NCBI GenBank assembly: GCA_042408215.1
Contig: JAYFMW010000030.1
Location: 192,001 to 256,000 of the forward strand
Reading direction: 5' to 3'
Origin: Microcoleus sp.
Lineage (GTDB): Bacteria > Cyanobacteriota > Cyanobacteriia > Cyanobacteriales > Microcoleaceae
DNA: 64,000 nucleotides
Made by a program: the position numbers and the translations under genes
The notes under the pieces: generated by a model
Seen by the model: only the letters and a program-made list of their open reading frames with translations
Database searches by the model: none
What the model was told of the DNA's origin: nothing
Shown here: positions 31,546-41,650 of the stretch, piece after piece
How the letters are laid out: the number at the start of each line of letters is the position of its first letter
How positions within the stretch are numbered: position 1 is the stretch's first letter

Positions 31546-31711
31546 TCGGGATGTGGGAGGACATTAGTTATTATAGCCGACTTAATCCGTCTTTTTCATT
31601 CTTTTTCCGCCTTTTACAAAAATTTACTAAAATCCGTCTTTTTCCGCTTTTCAATTGGTACAGCATGGGAAAAAATAAAATTTGAATAAATTTAATCTAG
31701 AATGCTGTAAT

Positions 31712-32509
31712 ATGTTTGCTGAAAAGCATAAATTTGAGTATGAGCATTTGCTTAAAAGGCTCGGTTCTATTGGGGCTGTGGGTGGATGGATCAGAGAATA
31801 TGTCGATCTGCACGGTTTTATAATTTTACAGGGCTTAGAATACGAGTTTTATGATTTGAGTTCTGCAAAGCTCTTTTTTACAAAGCTTTCCTCTCATATT
31901 GGTACTTTAGTGCCTCATAATTTTGGTCAATCTGATTTTGTATGGGAAATCAAGCCTAAATCATCAAATTCTATAATTAAGACTTTTTCTGAACATAACA
32001 AAGCTGCTCCATTACACACAGATTCTCAATACAGGAATCTGCCTGAAAAATATATGGCATTACTTGTTTTTCGTCAAGCTGAGTGTGCAGGAGGAGAAAC
32101 TATGTTACTGGATTTCAAACTTGTTTTAAATGAATTAAGACAAAGTGATTTTGGAAGACAAATGATCGAATTTGCTTGCCAAGATCAATTTCCGATTGCA
32201 GTACCAACTATATTTCAGACACAAGATAAAACGGAGTATATTTATTCAAGTTTGATTTCAAATATTCCCCTGATTCGATACAGATATGACACTTTGAAGA
32301 CAGGATTAGAATTAATTAAGCGCAGCCATGTAAAATATATTGATGAAAAGCTTCAGGCTTTTAATGATTTGATTAACAGAAGTCGATATTGCTCTAGTTT
32401 GTTACTTAATAATGGAGAAGCCATTTTTGTAGATAACCACAGGATGCTACACGGTCGATCGCCATTTTTAGATAATAACAGATTACTTCTGAGAATTCGC
32501 ATGAATTAG
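31712..32509 (+). CDS. TauD/TfdA-family Fe(II)/2-oxoglutarate dioxygenase
   Basis: PLHTDS (HxD), GGETML, VDNHRMLHGR, RLLLRIR; TTG 31682 is an alternative start. Confidence 0.88.
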   Translation: MFAEKHKFEYEHLLKRLGSIGAVGGWIREYVDLHGFIILQGLEYEFYDLSSAKLFFTKLSSHIGTLVPHNFGQSDFVWEIKPKSSNSIIKTFSEHNKAAPLHTDSQYRNLPEKYMALLVFRQAECAGGETMLLDFKLVLNELRQSDFGRQMIEFACQDQFPIAVPTIFQTQDKTEYIYSSLISNIPLIRYRYDTLKTGLELIKRSHVKYIDEKLQAFNDLINRSRYCSSLLLNNGEAIFVDNHRMLHGRSPFLDNNRLLLRIRMN

Positions 32510-32558
32510 TTAAAGACAAATACTTTTATTTCCCGATAAAAACAGCTACCATAAAAAA

Positions 32559-33716
32559 ATGGAAAAGTATATTGAACAATATTCCAAAGTTGGTCATGGA
32601 GCGTGGACAGCAAAAGCCTTCTATGATGAAGCAGTCACTTCTTTACTAAATCAACAGTTTGACAATCTTGAAGGCTTTCTGGAGATTTTCTATTTAATTT
32701 GCGGTGAATTTGGAGGTGAAGCAGCATCCCGCAAACTTCAAAAAGCAGCTAATCTCCTGCTAAAATACGGTCAGCAGCAAGAGATGTCTGAGCGTTGTCT
32801 CAAAATTGCAGCAAGCATTCGATTTCATCCACAGGTAGCTAGTTGTATCGACTTGAATAGTGTTGAAAGACAAATTAATTCTCATAATCTAATATCCTCT
32901 AGAATTGAAGAACTTTGTGAGTTTTTGGGTTGCTCTCAAAATAATCTAAATGACAATTTGAAAATGGAAGTTGAATCAGATACCATTCCCAGCGATTGGA
33001 GTTTACAAGTTTCTTCGTTGTACACGAGGGCGTATGATGAATGGTTTACGGAAATAGCTGATAGATACCTCAAAGACTACTTACCAAGTCGCGAAACTTT
33101 ATATGCTTCTCCAAAACTGAGAGTTGCTGACTGGAGTTCAGAGGTATGGCGGTGCTGGCGCTTCCTAGATTGTCCCACCTTAGTCGATCCAGGAATTTTT
33201 AGACCATCGCAGTTCTTTGTATGGCATATCATTCACGATTCTGTGCATATTTGGCAAATGCAAGCTTACGATCAAAAGTGGTCTAACATATTGGCTCCAA
33301 ACGAGTTTTTGTTTCTTGAAGCACAAGCAATGTCTGTGGAAATAATATTATTAAACCTCATGAAAGAATCTTATATAGAGATTCCTAAGTGGTATCCTTC
33401 ATCTCAAAAATCAATTATTATTAGACTTTTAATTGGGTTGCTTGAAAGAGAGATCAGATTAGATTTAGATTTAAAAGTACATCTTCACGGACAAAGTTTT
33501 ACAGCATGGCTTGAGGATATTTCAAGATTGACTAATTTATCACCAGAATATTTTCAAGGGCTTACTGCTGAGTTGCTTGGTATGCCTGGTTTTTGTGCAG
33601 CTTACACTGTAGTAACTGATAAATTTAAAAACTTATCTCAAGAACAACGAAAGATGTTGTTGCAAAATTTTCCTAACATCACTTATGAATCTATAGGAAC
33701 TACTTACTTTCCTTAA
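32559..33716 (+). CDS. Zincin/DUF885-like protein with an HDxxH motif
   Basis: HDSVH..Q, LEAQAMSVE, REIRLDLDLKVH, MPGFCAAY follow the order of DUF885 C-terminal motifs. Confidence 0.5.
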   Translation: MEKYIEQYSKVGHGAWTAKAFYDEAVTSLLNQQFDNLEGFLEIFYLICGEFGGEAASRKLQKAANLLLKYGQQQEMSERCLKIAASIRFHPQVASCIDLNSVERQINSHNLISSRIEELCEFLGCSQNNLNDNLKMEVESDTIPSDWSLQVSSLYTRAYDEWFTEIADRYLKDYLPSRETLYASPKLRVADWSSEVWRCWRFLDCPTLVDPGIFRPSQFFVWHIIHDSVHIWQMQAYDQKWSNILAPNEFLFLEAQAMSVEIILLNLMKESYIEIPKWYPSSQKSIIIRLLIGLLEREIRLDLDLKVHLHGQSFTAWLEDISRLTNLSPEYFQGLTAELLGMPGFCAAYTVVTDKFKNLSQEQRKMLLQNFPNITYESIGTTYFP

Positions 33717-33860
33717 TCTTATTTGTACTTATCTGCGTTAATCTGCGTGTATCTGCGGTTTAAGAATCAAAATTAGCCAAAAAACAGAGGGCGAGTTCAA
33801 CATAAAACTTGACTGCAAAAGTCTAATTTTATGCTCTAAACCCGCCCTCGCAAAACTCCC

Positions 33861-34364
33861 TTAATAAGCGTCTTGCAACTCGTAGAAATCCGGGGAAATG
33901 TAATCTTTCCGCAACGGCCAGCCTACCCAATCTTCGTTCATCAAAATCCGTTTCAGATTCGGATGTCCTTCGTAGACTATGCCGTACATATCGTAGGATT
34001 CCCGCTCTTGAAAATCCGCAGCCTTCCAAATCCAGTAGACTGATGGCACTCTGGGATCTTCCCGTGGAATGAATACTTTGACGCGGACTTCTTCGGGGTG
34101 CGAAGCATTATCTGTCAATTTAGCCAAGTGGTAGACGCTGACTAAATCTTGTCCAGGGCCTTGGTCGTAGGCGCACTGGCACTGCATATAATTGAACCCG
34201 TAGGCGTACAGTGCTGTTGACATGGGAATTAAGAAGTCGCGATCGACCTTTAAAATCTCCACACCCAAATTATCGGCCGCTAAAGCTTCGTGTTCAAAGC
34301 CATTCTGAGTCAACCACTGGGAAACTTTACCAGTTTCAACGATCGCAGATTCTTGCTCAGCCAC
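33861..34364 (-). CDS. ndhJ: NDH-1 subunit J
   Basis: [35 protein letters not shown]. Confidence 0.97.
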   Translation of the reverse strand: MAEQESAIVETGKVSQWLTQNGFEHEALAADNLGVEILKVDRDFLIPMSTALYAYGFNYMQCQCAYDQGPGQDLVSVYHLAKLTDNASHPEEVRVKVFIPREDPRVPSVYWIWKAADFQERESYDMYGIVYEGHPNLKRILMNEDWVGWPLRKDYISPDFYELQDAY

Positions 34365-35082
34365 GGTTTACCTCCTGTGTTTGTGATGCAAGCAGGGCTG
34401 GTGGTACTGGCATTCCCATAGCTTCCGTCAATTCCTTTGGTGGCGCCATCCGGCCGGGAATTGACAAATATTTGCCATCCAAAATGTCGTCTACTACTTT
34501 CATTTTGTGGGGTCTGGTGTAGTAGCGGTGGGTTGGGAGCAAGTTGCCACGTTCTTGCATCGAATCGTTGGCGATTTTTTTCCGCAGTTTGATGATTGCG
34601 TCAATAATCGCTTCTGGACGCGGGGGACAACCTGGTATGTACAGGTCTACGGGGATCAGTTTGTCAACGCCTCTGACTGCTGTGGGGGAGTCTACGCTGA
34701 ACATTCCACCGGTGATCGTGCAAGCGCCCATCGCGATCACGTATTTGGGTTCGGGCATTTGTTCGTACAGCCGCACCAAGATGGGGGCGTACTTCATGGT
34801 GATGGTGCCGGCGGTGATGAGCAAGTCGGCTTGTCGTGGGCTCGATCGCGGTACTAAGCCAAAGCGATCGAAGTCAAAGCGCGATCCGATCAAAGCTGCA
34901 AATTCGATGAAGCAGCAAGCGGTACCGTAAAGCAGCGGCCACAGGCTCGAAAGTCTCGCCCAATTGTAGAGGTCATCAACCGTAGTTAGGATGACATTCT
35001 CTGATAATTCGGTGGTGACTTCAGGGCGAATAGCGGGGTTGACAATTAGAGGTTTTTGTGATGTATCAGAACTTAAGACCAT
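34357..35082 (-). CDS. ndhK: NDH-1 subunit K
   Basis: [28 protein letters not shown] 35082 overlaps the ndhC end. Confidence 0.97.
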   Translation of the reverse strand: MVLSSDTSQKPLIVNPAIRPEVTTELSENVILTTVDDLYNWARLSSLWPLLYGTACCFIEFAALIGSRFDFDRFGLVPRSSPRQADLLITAGTITMKYAPILVRLYEQMPEPKYVIAMGACTITGGMFSVDSPTAVRGVDKLIPVDLYIPGCPPRPEAIIDAIIKLRKKIANDSMQERGNLLPTHRYYTRPHKMKVVDDILDGKYLSIPGRMAPPKELTEAMGMPVPPALLASQTQEVNRG

Positions 35083-35435
35083 TCCAAGGCTCCTTTGCGC
35101 CATGCATAGACAAGAGCAATAACGAGGATCGTGATAAAAAACAAGGCTTCGATAAAAGCCAACAGTCCTAGCTGGTTGAAAGCAACCGCCCAAGGATAGA
35201 GGAAGACGGTCTCTACGTCAAAGATGACGAAGACCAGGGCGAACATATAATATCGGATGTTGAATTGAATCCAGGCTCCGCCGATCGGCTCGACGCCGGA
35301 TTCGTAGGTAGTGCGTCGGTCGTAGGGACGACTTTTGGGGCGCAGTACCTTAGCCGCCGTGAGGGCGAGGATAGGGACTAGGCTGGAAATTAGCAGGAAG
35401 CCTAAGAAATACTCGTAGCCGCTGAGTGCAAACAC
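35073..35435 (-). CDS. ndhC: NDH-1 subunit 3
   Basis: [35 protein letters not shown]. Confidence 0.97.
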   Translation of the reverse strand: MFALSGYEYFLGFLLISSLVPILALTAAKVLRPKSRPYDRRTTYESGVEPIGGAWIQFNIRYYMFALVFVIFDVETVFLYPWAVAFNQLGLLAFIEALFFITILVIALVYAWRKGALEWS

Positions 35436-36121
35436 GGTGAATAATTACTGCCTAGGTGAAAGGGTTTGTAACTCGATCTTTACATTATATAGATTGTGTG
35501 TAACTGAAATTACGAGTTGGTTGAGATTAATCGTCCATCTTCTGCAATAATTTTTAATGTATATTCTAATATTGTAACTGCCTGTGGAAGGCGGGCGGCT
35601 GCCTGTGGACGCTAAGTAAGACCATCATCGACGCTTTGTGTCGAACACCCTTGTGGTGTCCCTAACGTGGCATCGGCGGTTGAGACGGGAAACCTCGAAG
35701 ACGAATAAGACCGTCCTAATCACAGTTTTAGTTGGAAGCCCCAACTATAACGAAGTTTAGTTGAGGTTGATTAAGAGTAAGACTTTTTCTGACATTTGCT
35801 AACAATCACTTACATTTGCCTTCGGGTCTTCATGTCATATAGAATGAATTTAGCCACTCAGATGTAGGTGAAAAACCTTGGTAGTACGCAACCGCTATAT
35901 AAATAAGTTGCCTCTACATTATCAAAGCAAATAATCAGATTGGCTAATAGCTGTAAGCGATAACCAAGCTGAAGGCAAGAATATAAGTGCTGGTAGAAAA
36001 TTCTACGGGCATCGGTTGATACGCCTTGGTTGAGATCTGATCTCAACTTATGTATTTGTTAGCAAATGTTAGCAAAAAAGTATCGGTACTTCACGATTAG
36101 CTAGCCTATTCTTTTCGATCT

Positions 36122-36457
36122 ATGAGCGATCCAGCCACTGAGACGAAAACCCTCGATCGGTACGAGTGCCGAGCCTGCGGCTACGTCTACAATCCTAAAA
36201 AGGGCGATCCTAAAAATGCCATTGCCCCGGGCACTGCTTTTACAGATGTGGCCCAAACTTGGGTGTGTCCCGTTTGCGGGGCGCGCAAGTCGATGTTTCA
36301 AAATCTCGGTCAGATGGAAGGGGCGTCTGGATTTAAGGAAAATCAGCGCTACGGTGTCGGCGTCAATGGCATGACCGAAGGTCAGAAAAGTTTACTGATT
36401 TTTGGCGGCTTGGTCGTTGGTTTCTTGTTTTTACTTAGTATGTATGGTTTGCAGTAA
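36122..36457 (+). CDS. rubA: Membrane-anchored rubredoxin
   Basis: CRACGYVY and WVCPVCG; C-terminal TM; upstream of ycf48-psbEFLJ. Confidence 0.93.
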   Translation: MSDPATETKTLDRYECRACGYVYNPKKGDPKNAIAPGTAFTDVAQTWVCPVCGARKSMFQNLGQMEGASGFKENQRYGVGVNGMTEGQKSLLIFGGLVVGFLFLLSMYGLQ

Positions 36458-36464
36458 GACGATT

Positions 36465-37457
36465 GTGAGAGTTTGGCAACGAATTGTAATTTTATTGAGT
36501 GCGGCACTCATCTGTGCCAGTTGCAGCACCATTGGTTCTGTGAGTTACAACCCTTGGCAGGTAATTTCCTTGCCGACGGAAGCTAATTTGCAGGATATTG
36601 CCTTTGCGGGCAATGCTCAGCACGGCTGGGTGGTGGGTTCTGAGGCGACTTTGTTTGAAACTGTGGACGGCGGTTCTAACTGGAAACCGATCGCCCTGGA
36701 TATTGACGAGCCGAGGTCGCGTTTTTCGTCGGTGAGTTTTTCGGGTTCCGAAGGCTGGATTGTCGGCCAGCCTTCAGTTTTGCTCCACACAGACGATGAG
36801 GGCAAATCTTGGACTCGGATTGCTTTGAGCTCTCAGTTACCAGGCTCTCCGAGTACGATCGCAGCGGATGGCCCGAACTCGGCAGAAATGACGACGGATG
36901 TGGGAGCGATTTACCGGACTTCTGACGGCGGCAAGAATTGGAAAGCTGTCGTTCAGGATTCTTTTGGAGTCGTTCGCAATATCAACCGTTCTGAAGATGG
37001 GCAGTATGTTGCGGTTTCCTCGAAGGGAAATTTCTATTCTGTGTGGAAACCGGGACAGGATGCTTGGGAACCTCACAACCGCAACAGTTCTCGTCGCCTC
37101 CAAAATATGGGCTTTACCAAGGACGGGCGTTTGTGGATGATCGCCCGCGGCGGTCAGATTCAGTTTAGCGATCCGTCAGAAGCCGAAGGTTGGGGAAAAC
37201 CGTTTTTTCCCGATCGCAAGGCGAGTTGGGGTTTGCTAGACATGGCTTACCGGACTGATAATGAAGTTTGGGTGGCTGGTGGCGGCGGAAATTTGCTGTG
37301 CAGTTTGGATGGCGGGAAAACTTGGCAAAAAGACCGCGAAGTAGAAGATGTTCCCGCGAACTTTTACAGGATTGTCTTTATGGGCCCAGCTCGCGGATTT
37401 ATTATCGGCGCCAACGGTACTCTACTTAAATATCAAGGTTCAGCGCAAGCTGCTTGA
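36465..37457 (+). CDS. ycf48: PSII assembly factor Ycf48/Hcf136
   Basis: BNR repeats (T.DGG..W), RNSSRRLQNMG, lipoprotein-like N-terminus, synteny; GTG start inferred. Confidence 0.95.
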   Translation: MRVWQRIVILLSAALICASCSTIGSVSYNPWQVISLPTEANLQDIAFAGNAQHGWVVGSEATLFETVDGGSNWKPIALDIDEPRSRFSSVSFSGSEGWIVGQPSVLLHTDDEGKSWTRIALSSQLPGSPSTIAADGPNSAEMTTDVGAIYRTSDGGKNWKAVVQDSFGVVRNINRSEDGQYVAVSSKGNFYSVWKPGQDAWEPHNRNSSRRLQNMGFTKDGRLWMIARGGQIQFSDPSEAEGWGKPFFPDRKASWGLLDMAYRTDNEVWVAGGGGNLLCSLDGGKTWQKDREVEDVPANFYRIVFMGPARGFIIGANGTLLKYQGSAQAA

Positions 37458-37474
37458 TAGTAGAATGGTTTTAT

Positions 37475-37772
37475 AAAGAATACCCTGAAAACCCTGTGAC
37501 TTTAGTCCAGGGATGAAAGGGCTTTGCAGGATTTATCCTGCCAGCCCTCTTTATGCAAGACACAAACCACATTCTGTTACCAGAAAAATGTGGGATGGAT
37601 ACACAGACGCAGGTCTGGGAAGCAAATGCCTACCACAAGTAGCCATAGACTCAGCAATGGGCGAGTGGGTAGTGGGTTATTGACAAACCCTTTAAGCATC
37701 AAGATTTGGGTGGATTCATCCCCCAAAGTTTGTCCTTAAGAATCCCCGTGTCTTTAGACCGGGGAGTGTCAA
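37475..37772 (+). mobile_element. Non-autonomous internal-deletion relative of the 41989-43536 tnpB element
   Basis: Shares left end TACCCTGAAAACCCTGTGACTTTAGTCCAGG and right end ...CCCCGTGTCTTTAGACCGGGGAGTGTCAA; inserted after TTAT. Confidence 0.88.
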
Positions 37773-37811
37773 AGATTGTCTGTCAATTTGTTGTTGAAAG
37801 GAGAATTCTAA

Positions 37812-38063
37812 ATGGCTGGCGGTTCAACTGGAGAACGTCCGTTTGGGGACATTGTTACAAGTATCCGTTATTGGGTAATTCACAGCATCACTATTCCGGC
37901 TTTGTTTATCGCTGGATGGCTGTTTGTACAGACTGGTTTGGCTTACGATGCCTTCGGCACTCCTCGCCCTAACCAGTATTTCACTCCGCAGCGGGAAGAA
38001 GTGCCGATTATCTCGGATCGCTTTGAAGCTAAGAAACAAGTAGATCAGTTCATCGGCAAGTAA
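37812..38063 (+). CDS. psbE: Cytochrome b559 alpha subunit
   Basis: [26 protein letters not shown]. Confidence 0.98.
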   Translation: MAGGSTGERPFGDIVTSIRYWVIHSITIPALFIAGWLFVQTGLAYDAFGTPRPNQYFTPQREEVPIISDRFEAKKQVDQFIGK

Positions 38064-38084
38064 TTTAACAAGGAGTTTGAAAAA

Positions 38085-38219
38085 ATGACGGGCAGAACCC
38101 CAAACGAGCCAATTTCGTATCCGATTTTTACGGTGCGTTGGTTGGCCGTTCATACTTTAGGTGTCCCAACTATTTTCTTTTTGGGCGCGATCGCAGCAAT
38201 GCAATTTATTCAACGATAG
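38085..38219 (+). CDS. psbF: Cytochrome b559 beta subunit
   Basis: Manual translation [44 protein letters not shown]. Confidence 0.97.
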   Translation: MTGRTPNEPISYPIFTVRWLAVHTLGVPTIFFLGAIAAMQFIQR

Positions 38220-38228
38220 GAGTTTACA

Positions 38229-38351
38229 ATGCCTGAGCGCCTTCCTAATCCCAATGAGCAGCCTGTTGAGTTAAACCGGACTTCTTTGTATTTGGGTTTG
38301 TTGCTGATTTTTGTTTTGGGTATTTTGTTTTCCAGTTATTTCTTTAACTAA
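38229..38351 (+). CDS. psbL: PSII protein L
   Basis: Manual translation [40 protein letters not shown]. Confidence 0.97.
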   Translation: MPERLPNPNEQPVELNRTSLYLGLLLIFVLGILFSSYFFN

Positions 38352-38420
38352 CTGGTGTTTGAGTTTGCTTTCAATAGTTCGATCAAATTTATTTAGCTGT
38401 GAATTAGTGAGGTGATGGCT

Positions 38421-38540
38421 ATGTCTAGTGGTGGCAGAATTCCTTTGTGGATAGTGGGTACTGTGGCTGGCCTCGGTGCTCTGGGTATCTTGTCTCTTTT
38501 CTTTTACGGTGCTTATGCCGGTTTAGGTTCTTCTATGTAA
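38421..38540 (+). CDS. psbJ: PSII protein J
   Basis: Manual translation [42 protein letters not shown] 38415 is an alternative start. Confidence 0.96.
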   Translation: MSSGGRIPLWIVGTVAGLGALGILSLFFYGAYAGLGSSM

Positions 38541-38605
38541 GGAGAATTGGGCGTATTTTATGCCTCTAACCCCCCTGTTTCAAGGGGTTGAATTTTAGCA
38601 ATTTT

Positions 38606-38651
38606 GCTGTTAGATACCCGCAGGCTTAAAGTGCTGCGGGTATCTAACAGC
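38606..38651 (+). terminator. Long stem-loop after psbJ
   Basis: GCTGTTAGATACCCGCAG / CTGCGGGTATCTAACAGC. Confidence 0.65.
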
Positions 38652-38697
38652 GCTCTTGTCCGATCGCTTTTGAAATTAGCCAAAAGTTGTGAGTAGA

Positions 38698-39181
38698 GTC
38701 AGGAACCCCGCCCTTAAGGGACGGGGCTTGCAAGAGTAATCAAACAAGCCATTCTGACCAGCTATCGTCTTAGCTGACTACGTTATTTGAGTCAAGACAC
38801 CCGCTTGATGCGACGCTAGTCCCTTGCTCTGTCGCTGCTGGTTAAACAGTTCTAAGGTCACGCTTTACAGTGCTTTGGGCCCAACAAGCTCTTATAACAA
38901 AGGCGCGCGCGAACATTACCCGAAAGGGACGGTCGCAACCAGATCTCCAAAGGAGGGGCAACCATACCCCTGGGCCTCGCAAGAGGTAGGCAATTAATTT
39001 ATCGAATCAAACAAAGGCGATGCATTGAGCGAAGCCGAAGTGACGGGGTTTCAACCCTGCGCTTCGCTCCGCCCAATTTTCTGATGAATTTTCAGAATAT
39101 TCACAGGACGCTAAAGCATCCCGTGTCGCTTTTCCTCCCAGGGCTAAAGCCGCTGGGTTTCCAAGCTTCCGCGAGGTATTT
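38698..39181 (+). ncRNA. Stand-alone HEARO/IscB-type omegaRNA mini-element without an iscB ORF
   Basis: GTCA start with hairpin CCCCGCCCTTAAGGGACGGGG, then GACCAG, CTACGTTA, GACACC, TTAAACAG, ACCCGAAAGGG; distal end TTCCTCCCAGGGCTAAAGCC..GGGTTTCC..GAGGT followed by ATGA. Confidence 0.75.
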
Positions 39182-41434
39182 ATGACCCCACCGCAGCCGC
39201 CCCGCAAACCTCAAACCGTCTTGGGTGCTATTACCCAAGCAGTCCAGACTATTGCTAAGGTTAATTTTAACCAGCTAGTGCTGAAACCGAATGCTAAAGT
39301 ACCCGAACTGCGGGTGCAAGATGCTGGTGCTGCCACCGCTGAGGTTTATCCGCTATTGGGCGATCGATATTTGTTAGGTCGATCGTCCAAATCTTCTGAT
39401 ATTGTGGTTCGCAATCCTGTTGTCAGCCACGTACATTTATCCCTGTCGCGGGATAGTCGGCGACGAACTCCTTTTGTACTCAAAGATGAAGATTCTACTA
39501 ACGGCATTTACCAAGGAAAAAGGCGAGTAAAAAGTATCTCCCTGCGTCACGGCGACGTGTTTACATTAGGCCCGCCGGAACTCGCAGCCGCTGTCAGAAT
39601 TCAGTACGTTGATCCGCCCCCTTTGTATTCGGAAGTTTTGCGTTACAGCTTTTACGGTGTCAGCGGAATCACTGCTTTAATCGCGATGTTGATAGGCGTT
39701 GAATGCACAAAGTTTCAAGTGCGTCCTCTGCCGAGAAGTGTGAACGGGCCGGTGATTGTTTACGCTCGCGACGGTCAAACTCCCCTGCGTCCTCCTCAGA
39801 ATAACGCTCATTTGGAATTAAAGCAATTGACAGATTTTTCGCCTTATTTGGCCAAGGCGATAATTGCTTCGGAAGACAGCCGCTACAACTGGCATTTAGG
39901 GGTAGATCCGATCGGCGTTTTGCGAGCACTTTTAACTAATGTTCGCGGTGGCGGAATTCGCGAAGGCGGTAGCACTCTGACCCAGCAGTTGGCGAGGAGT
40001 TTGTTTCGAGATTATGTCGGAACTCAAGACTCGGCGGGACGCAAGTTACGGGAAGCTGTAGTTGCTTTTAAACTGGAGAGTTATTACAGTAAAGATGAGC
40101 TGTTGCTGACTTATTTGAATCGGGTGTTTTTGGGAATTGACCTTTACGGTTTTGAGGATGCGGCTCGGTTTTATTTTGGCAAGTCGGCGAAGGATTTAAC
40201 TTTGTCGGAGTCGGCGACTTTGGCGGGAATTTTGCCGGCTCCAAACAGTTTTAATCCGATTCAAAATTATCAGTTGGCGGTGCAGTATCGCGATCGGGTA
40301 ATCGAACGAATGCGGGCTATGGGGACGATTTCTCAGGAAGAAGCCGATCGCGCGAGGCGATCGCGAATTGAAATTAATCCGAAAGCTCGCGAATTTCTGC
40401 AAAGTACGATCGCTCCCTATTTCTACAGTTATGTATTTGATGAATTAGAGTTATTGCTGGGGGAGCCGTTAGCCAGAGAAGGCAATTTTATCGTAGAAAC
40501 TGGCTTAAATCCCAGCCTGCAAAAAGTAGCAGAAAGTTCCCTCAGAAATACTGTTGAAAATGCGGGAGCAAGTGCTGGCTTTTCTCAAGGAGCAGTGGTA
40601 ACTCTCAATACTGCAACCGGCGAAGTCTTAGCTTTAGTTGGCGGCGTAGATTATTTGCAAAGTCAGTTTAATCGGGCGACGCAAGCTTTGAGACAGCCCG
40701 GTTCTACCTTTAAAATTTTCACTTATACAGCAGCCCTGGAACGGGGAATCTCAGCGGGCAAAACTTATTCTTGCGCGCCGCTTTCTTGGGGCGGACAAAG
40801 TTACAGCGGCTGCGAAAGAACTAGCGGTAGTGCAGATATGTATCGGGGTTTAGCACAGTCAGAAAATGCAATTGCTTTGAGGGTAGCACAGGATGTCGGT
40901 TTAGACAATGTAGTGGGAATGGCTAGGCGTTTGGGGATTACTTCTCCCTTGCGTTCTGCCCCTGGTTTAGTATTAGGTGAAAGTGAAGTTAATGTGTTGC
41001 AATTAACGGGGGCTTTCGGGGTTTTGGCCAATCGGGGTTTGGGAAATCGTCCCCACGTAATTAAGCGAATTATTGACAGCAGCGATTGCAAAGATCGGAA
41101 TAGTTTTCAGACTTGCCGCGTGATTTATGACTATCAGAAAGATGGGGTAGCCAATCGACAGTTAGTTTCTGAAGCCGTAGCTGATACGATGACAGATATG
41201 CTGCAAGGTGTGGTGCGGGGAGGTACGGGTAGCAGTGCTGCTTTGGGGTTGGGAGAAGCTGGGAAAACTGGCACGACTAATGATAATAAAGATTTGTGGT
41301 TTGTGGGTTATATTCCGAGTCAGCAACTTGTGACTGGGGTTTGGTTGGGAAATGATGATAATTCTGCGACAGGGGGAGGTAGTGCTAATGCTGCTCAGTT
41401 GTGGGGGGATTATATGCGGCAAGTGGCGCGTTAA
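39182..41434 (+). CDS. Class A penicillin-binding protein (PBP1A) with an N-terminal FHA domain
   Basis: FHA GR..SD....VS..H...NG; transglycosylase EDSRY, GGSTLTQQLAR; transpeptidase STFK, SEN, KTGT. Confidence 0.93.
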   Translation: MTPPQPPRKPQTVLGAITQAVQTIAKVNFNQLVLKPNAKVPELRVQDAGAATAEVYPLLGDRYLLGRSSKSSDIVVRNPVVSHVHLSLSRDSRRRTPFVLKDEDSTNGIYQGKRRVKSISLRHGDVFTLGPPELAAAVRIQYVDPPPLYSEVLRYSFYGVSGITALIAMLIGVECTKFQVRPLPRSVNGPVIVYARDGQTPLRPPQNNAHLELKQLTDFSPYLAKAIIASEDSRYNWHLGVDPIGVLRALLTNVRGGGIREGGSTLTQQLARSLFRDYVGTQDSAGRKLREAVVAFKLESYYSKDELLLTYLNRVFLGIDLYGFEDAARFYFGKSAKDLTLSESATLAGILPAPNSFNPIQNYQLAVQYRDRVIERMRAMGTISQEEADRARRSRIEINPKAREFLQSTIAPYFYSYVFDELELLLGEPLAREGNFIVETGLNPSLQKVAESSLRNTVENAGASAGFSQGAVVTLNTATGEVLALVGGVDYLQSQFNRATQALRQPGSTFKIFTYTAALERGISAGKTYSCAPLSWGGQSYSGCERTSGSADMYRGLAQSENAIALRVAQDVGLDNVVGMARRLGITSPLRSAPGLVLGESEVNVLQLTGAFGVLANRGLGNRPHVIKRIIDSSDCKDRNSFQTCRVIYDYQKDGVANRQLVSEAVADTMTDMLQGVVRGGTGSSAALGLGEAGKTGTTNDNKDLWFVGYIPSQQLVTGVWLGNDDNSATGGGSANAAQLWGDYMRQVAR

Positions 41435-41566
41435 GTCATTAGTCATTAGTCATTGGTCATTAGTCATTGGTCATTAGTCATTGGTCATTGGTCATTGGTC
41501 ATTAGTCATTGGTCATTAGTCATTAGTCATTAGTCATTGGTCATTGGTCATTGGTCATTGGTCATT
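41435..41566. repeat. STRR heptamer tract (GTCATTA/GTCATTG)n
   Basis: About 18 tandem 7-mers. Confidence 0.9.
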
Positions 41567-41650
41567 TGTTACTTGTTGGTGGTTATTTGTTATGTGTTGA
41601 TGACAATAACCAAATAACAAATAACCAATGACTAATGACTGCGGATGCAA

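Noticed and set aside
35083..35193. Longer ndhK N-terminus from the ORF track
   Set aside because: Overlaps ndhC out of frame; ATG 35082 gives the usual arrangement.
37524..37972. ORFs 37524-37739 and 37706-37972
   Set aside because: Derived from the mini-IS (tnpB tail) and out-of-frame overlap with psbE.
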